From positions 1-17,112 of the forward strand of contig JBEKGO010000041.1 of NCBI GenBank assembly GCA_050012755.1: 17,112 nt of DNA. Reading direction: 5' to 3'. Position 1 is the stretch's first letter. Each line of letters opens with the position of its first letter. This DNA comes from Candidatus Bathyarchaeia archaeon. Its GTDB lineage: Archaea; Thermoproteota; Bathyarchaeia; Bathyarchaeales; Bathycorpusculaceae. This document shows positions 16,163 through 17,112 of the stretch, one piece after another. A program made the position numbers and the translations under genes. Under the pieces are notes generated by a model. It saw only the letters and a list, made by a program, of their open reading frames with translations. It ran no database searches and was not told where the DNA came from.

Positions 16163-17110
16163 TTAACCAGTCCTCGTTATGCTGATTCCAACTATTCCTA
16201 CATAAGAGGAACTGGTTGAGCTAACGGTGGCTGCATTGGTCGTTTGGTGTCCTATCGCGCTCCAGTTGCTGGAATCTTTAACGTCTATCGTGGTTGTGGA
16301 GAGACTTATTGTCCCGGATCCGATGGATCCGCCGAATATGTAGTAGTTAGCGCCTGCGGTTAGTGTCAGCGTTTCTGATGTTGACGATCCGCTTGAACTC
16401 AGACTGTTGTGGACGTAGCTGTAGGTGCCGGGCGCGAAGACATAGACCGCAATCGAGATGCCGGTGCTAGAAGAGGGGGCTTGGCAACTGACAGTGTACG
16501 TGTTTATGGCCTGAGCGGTGTTCACGGCGATGTAATCTGAGTACTGGTTAGAATAGCTTATCCCTTCCTGCTGTGTGAAACCCGAGGGCCAAGTGGGAGC
16601 ACTTGTGAGTTGATAATCCCCGCTGGTTACGACGATGACTACGAACGAGTTCGCTTGTGTCACGCTGTATTGAAGCGAGGTTGAGGCGGCCACCACCGAT
16701 TTGGTGGTTATCGTTGGCTGTGTAAACACTGGAGTAACAGTGAATGTGGCGGTTGGAGAGTTTGTGCCGTCGGTGGCTTGGACCGTGTGGCTCCCGATTG
16801 CGGACGATGGAACAGTGAAGGTTGCGCTGAATGCACCAGTTGGGCTGGTGGTGATTGTGGCCGGTGAGGTCGTTTGTGCTGTTCCGTCGTAGGTTATGGT
16901 TATGGTTGAGGAACCTGCAAAACCCGTTCCTGACACAGTAACCGTTGAACCCACATTACCACTCGCCGGGTTAAGTGTAATGGATGAGGTAACCGTGAAA
17001 GACGCAGTAGGACTATTCGTACCATCAGTCAAAGTAACCGTCTTACTACCACTCGAAGAAGCAGGAACAGTAAACGTCGCAGACAAACCACCATTAGCAT
17101 CCGTAGTCGA
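16163..17110 (-). CDS. C-terminal part of a Ser/Thr-rich surface protein with IPT/TIG-like repeats and a unique terminal beta domain (5' partial)
   Basis: Frame is open to the right edge (STTDANGGLSATFTVP...); repeat SITLNPASGNVGSTVTVSGTGFAGSSTITITYDG...FSATFTVP...TDGTNSPTATFTV; no C-terminal TM helix. Confidence 0.88.
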   Translation of the reverse strand, partial: STTDANGGLSATFTVPASSSGSKTVTLTDGTNSPTASFTVTSSITLNPASGNVGSTVTVSGTGFAGSSTITITYDGTAQTTSPATITTSPTGAFSATFTVPSSAIGSHTVQATDGTNSPTATFTVTPVFTQPTITTKSVVAASTSLQYSVTQANSFVVIVVTSGDYQLTSAPTWPSGFTQQEGISYSNQYSDYIAVNTAQAINTYTVSCQAPSSSTGISIAVYVFAPGTYSYVHNSLSSSGSSTSETLTLTAGANYYIFGGSIGSGTISLSTTTIDVKDSSNWSAIGHQTTNAATVSSTSSSYVGIVGISITRTG

Positions 17111-17112
17111 AG

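Noticed and set aside
1-17112. Window as a circle joining the left-edge N-terminal gene part to the right-edge C-terminal part (both minus strand)
   Set aside because: Direct joining leaves 4 spare nt (out of frame), there is no terminal overlap, the repeat types differ, and no replication gene is present. Both edges may simply fall within repeat genes.

Overview
Archaeal accessory region, most likely Bathyarchaeia/TACK (inferred from TackOD1-like and NitrOD5-like domains and archaeal-style vapBC pairs). From left to right it contains: (1) the N-terminal 855 aa of a large secreted Ig-repeat surface protein (minus strand, runs off the left edge, missing from the ORF track); (2) a stand-alone NitrOD5/DUF3227-like protein and an orphan receiver-domain response regulator; (3) a vapBC pair and a small hypothetical gene; (4) a minus-strand type IV pilus assembly cluster (ATPase, two TadC/T2SSF platform proteins) followed by a multi-Zn-finger TackOD1-like protein whose 3' end carries an in-phase A_AAA_AAG slippery site opening into a 4-TM membrane ORF; (5) six toxin-antitoxin modules in about 4.7 kb, several damaged, interleaved with two diverged copies of one HTH gene and a probable phage capsid gene fragment; (6) the C-terminal part of a second beta-repeat surface protein entering from the right edge. 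No rRNA, tRNA, CRISPR array, integrase or transposase was seen. Family assignments come from motif recognition, not database searches.
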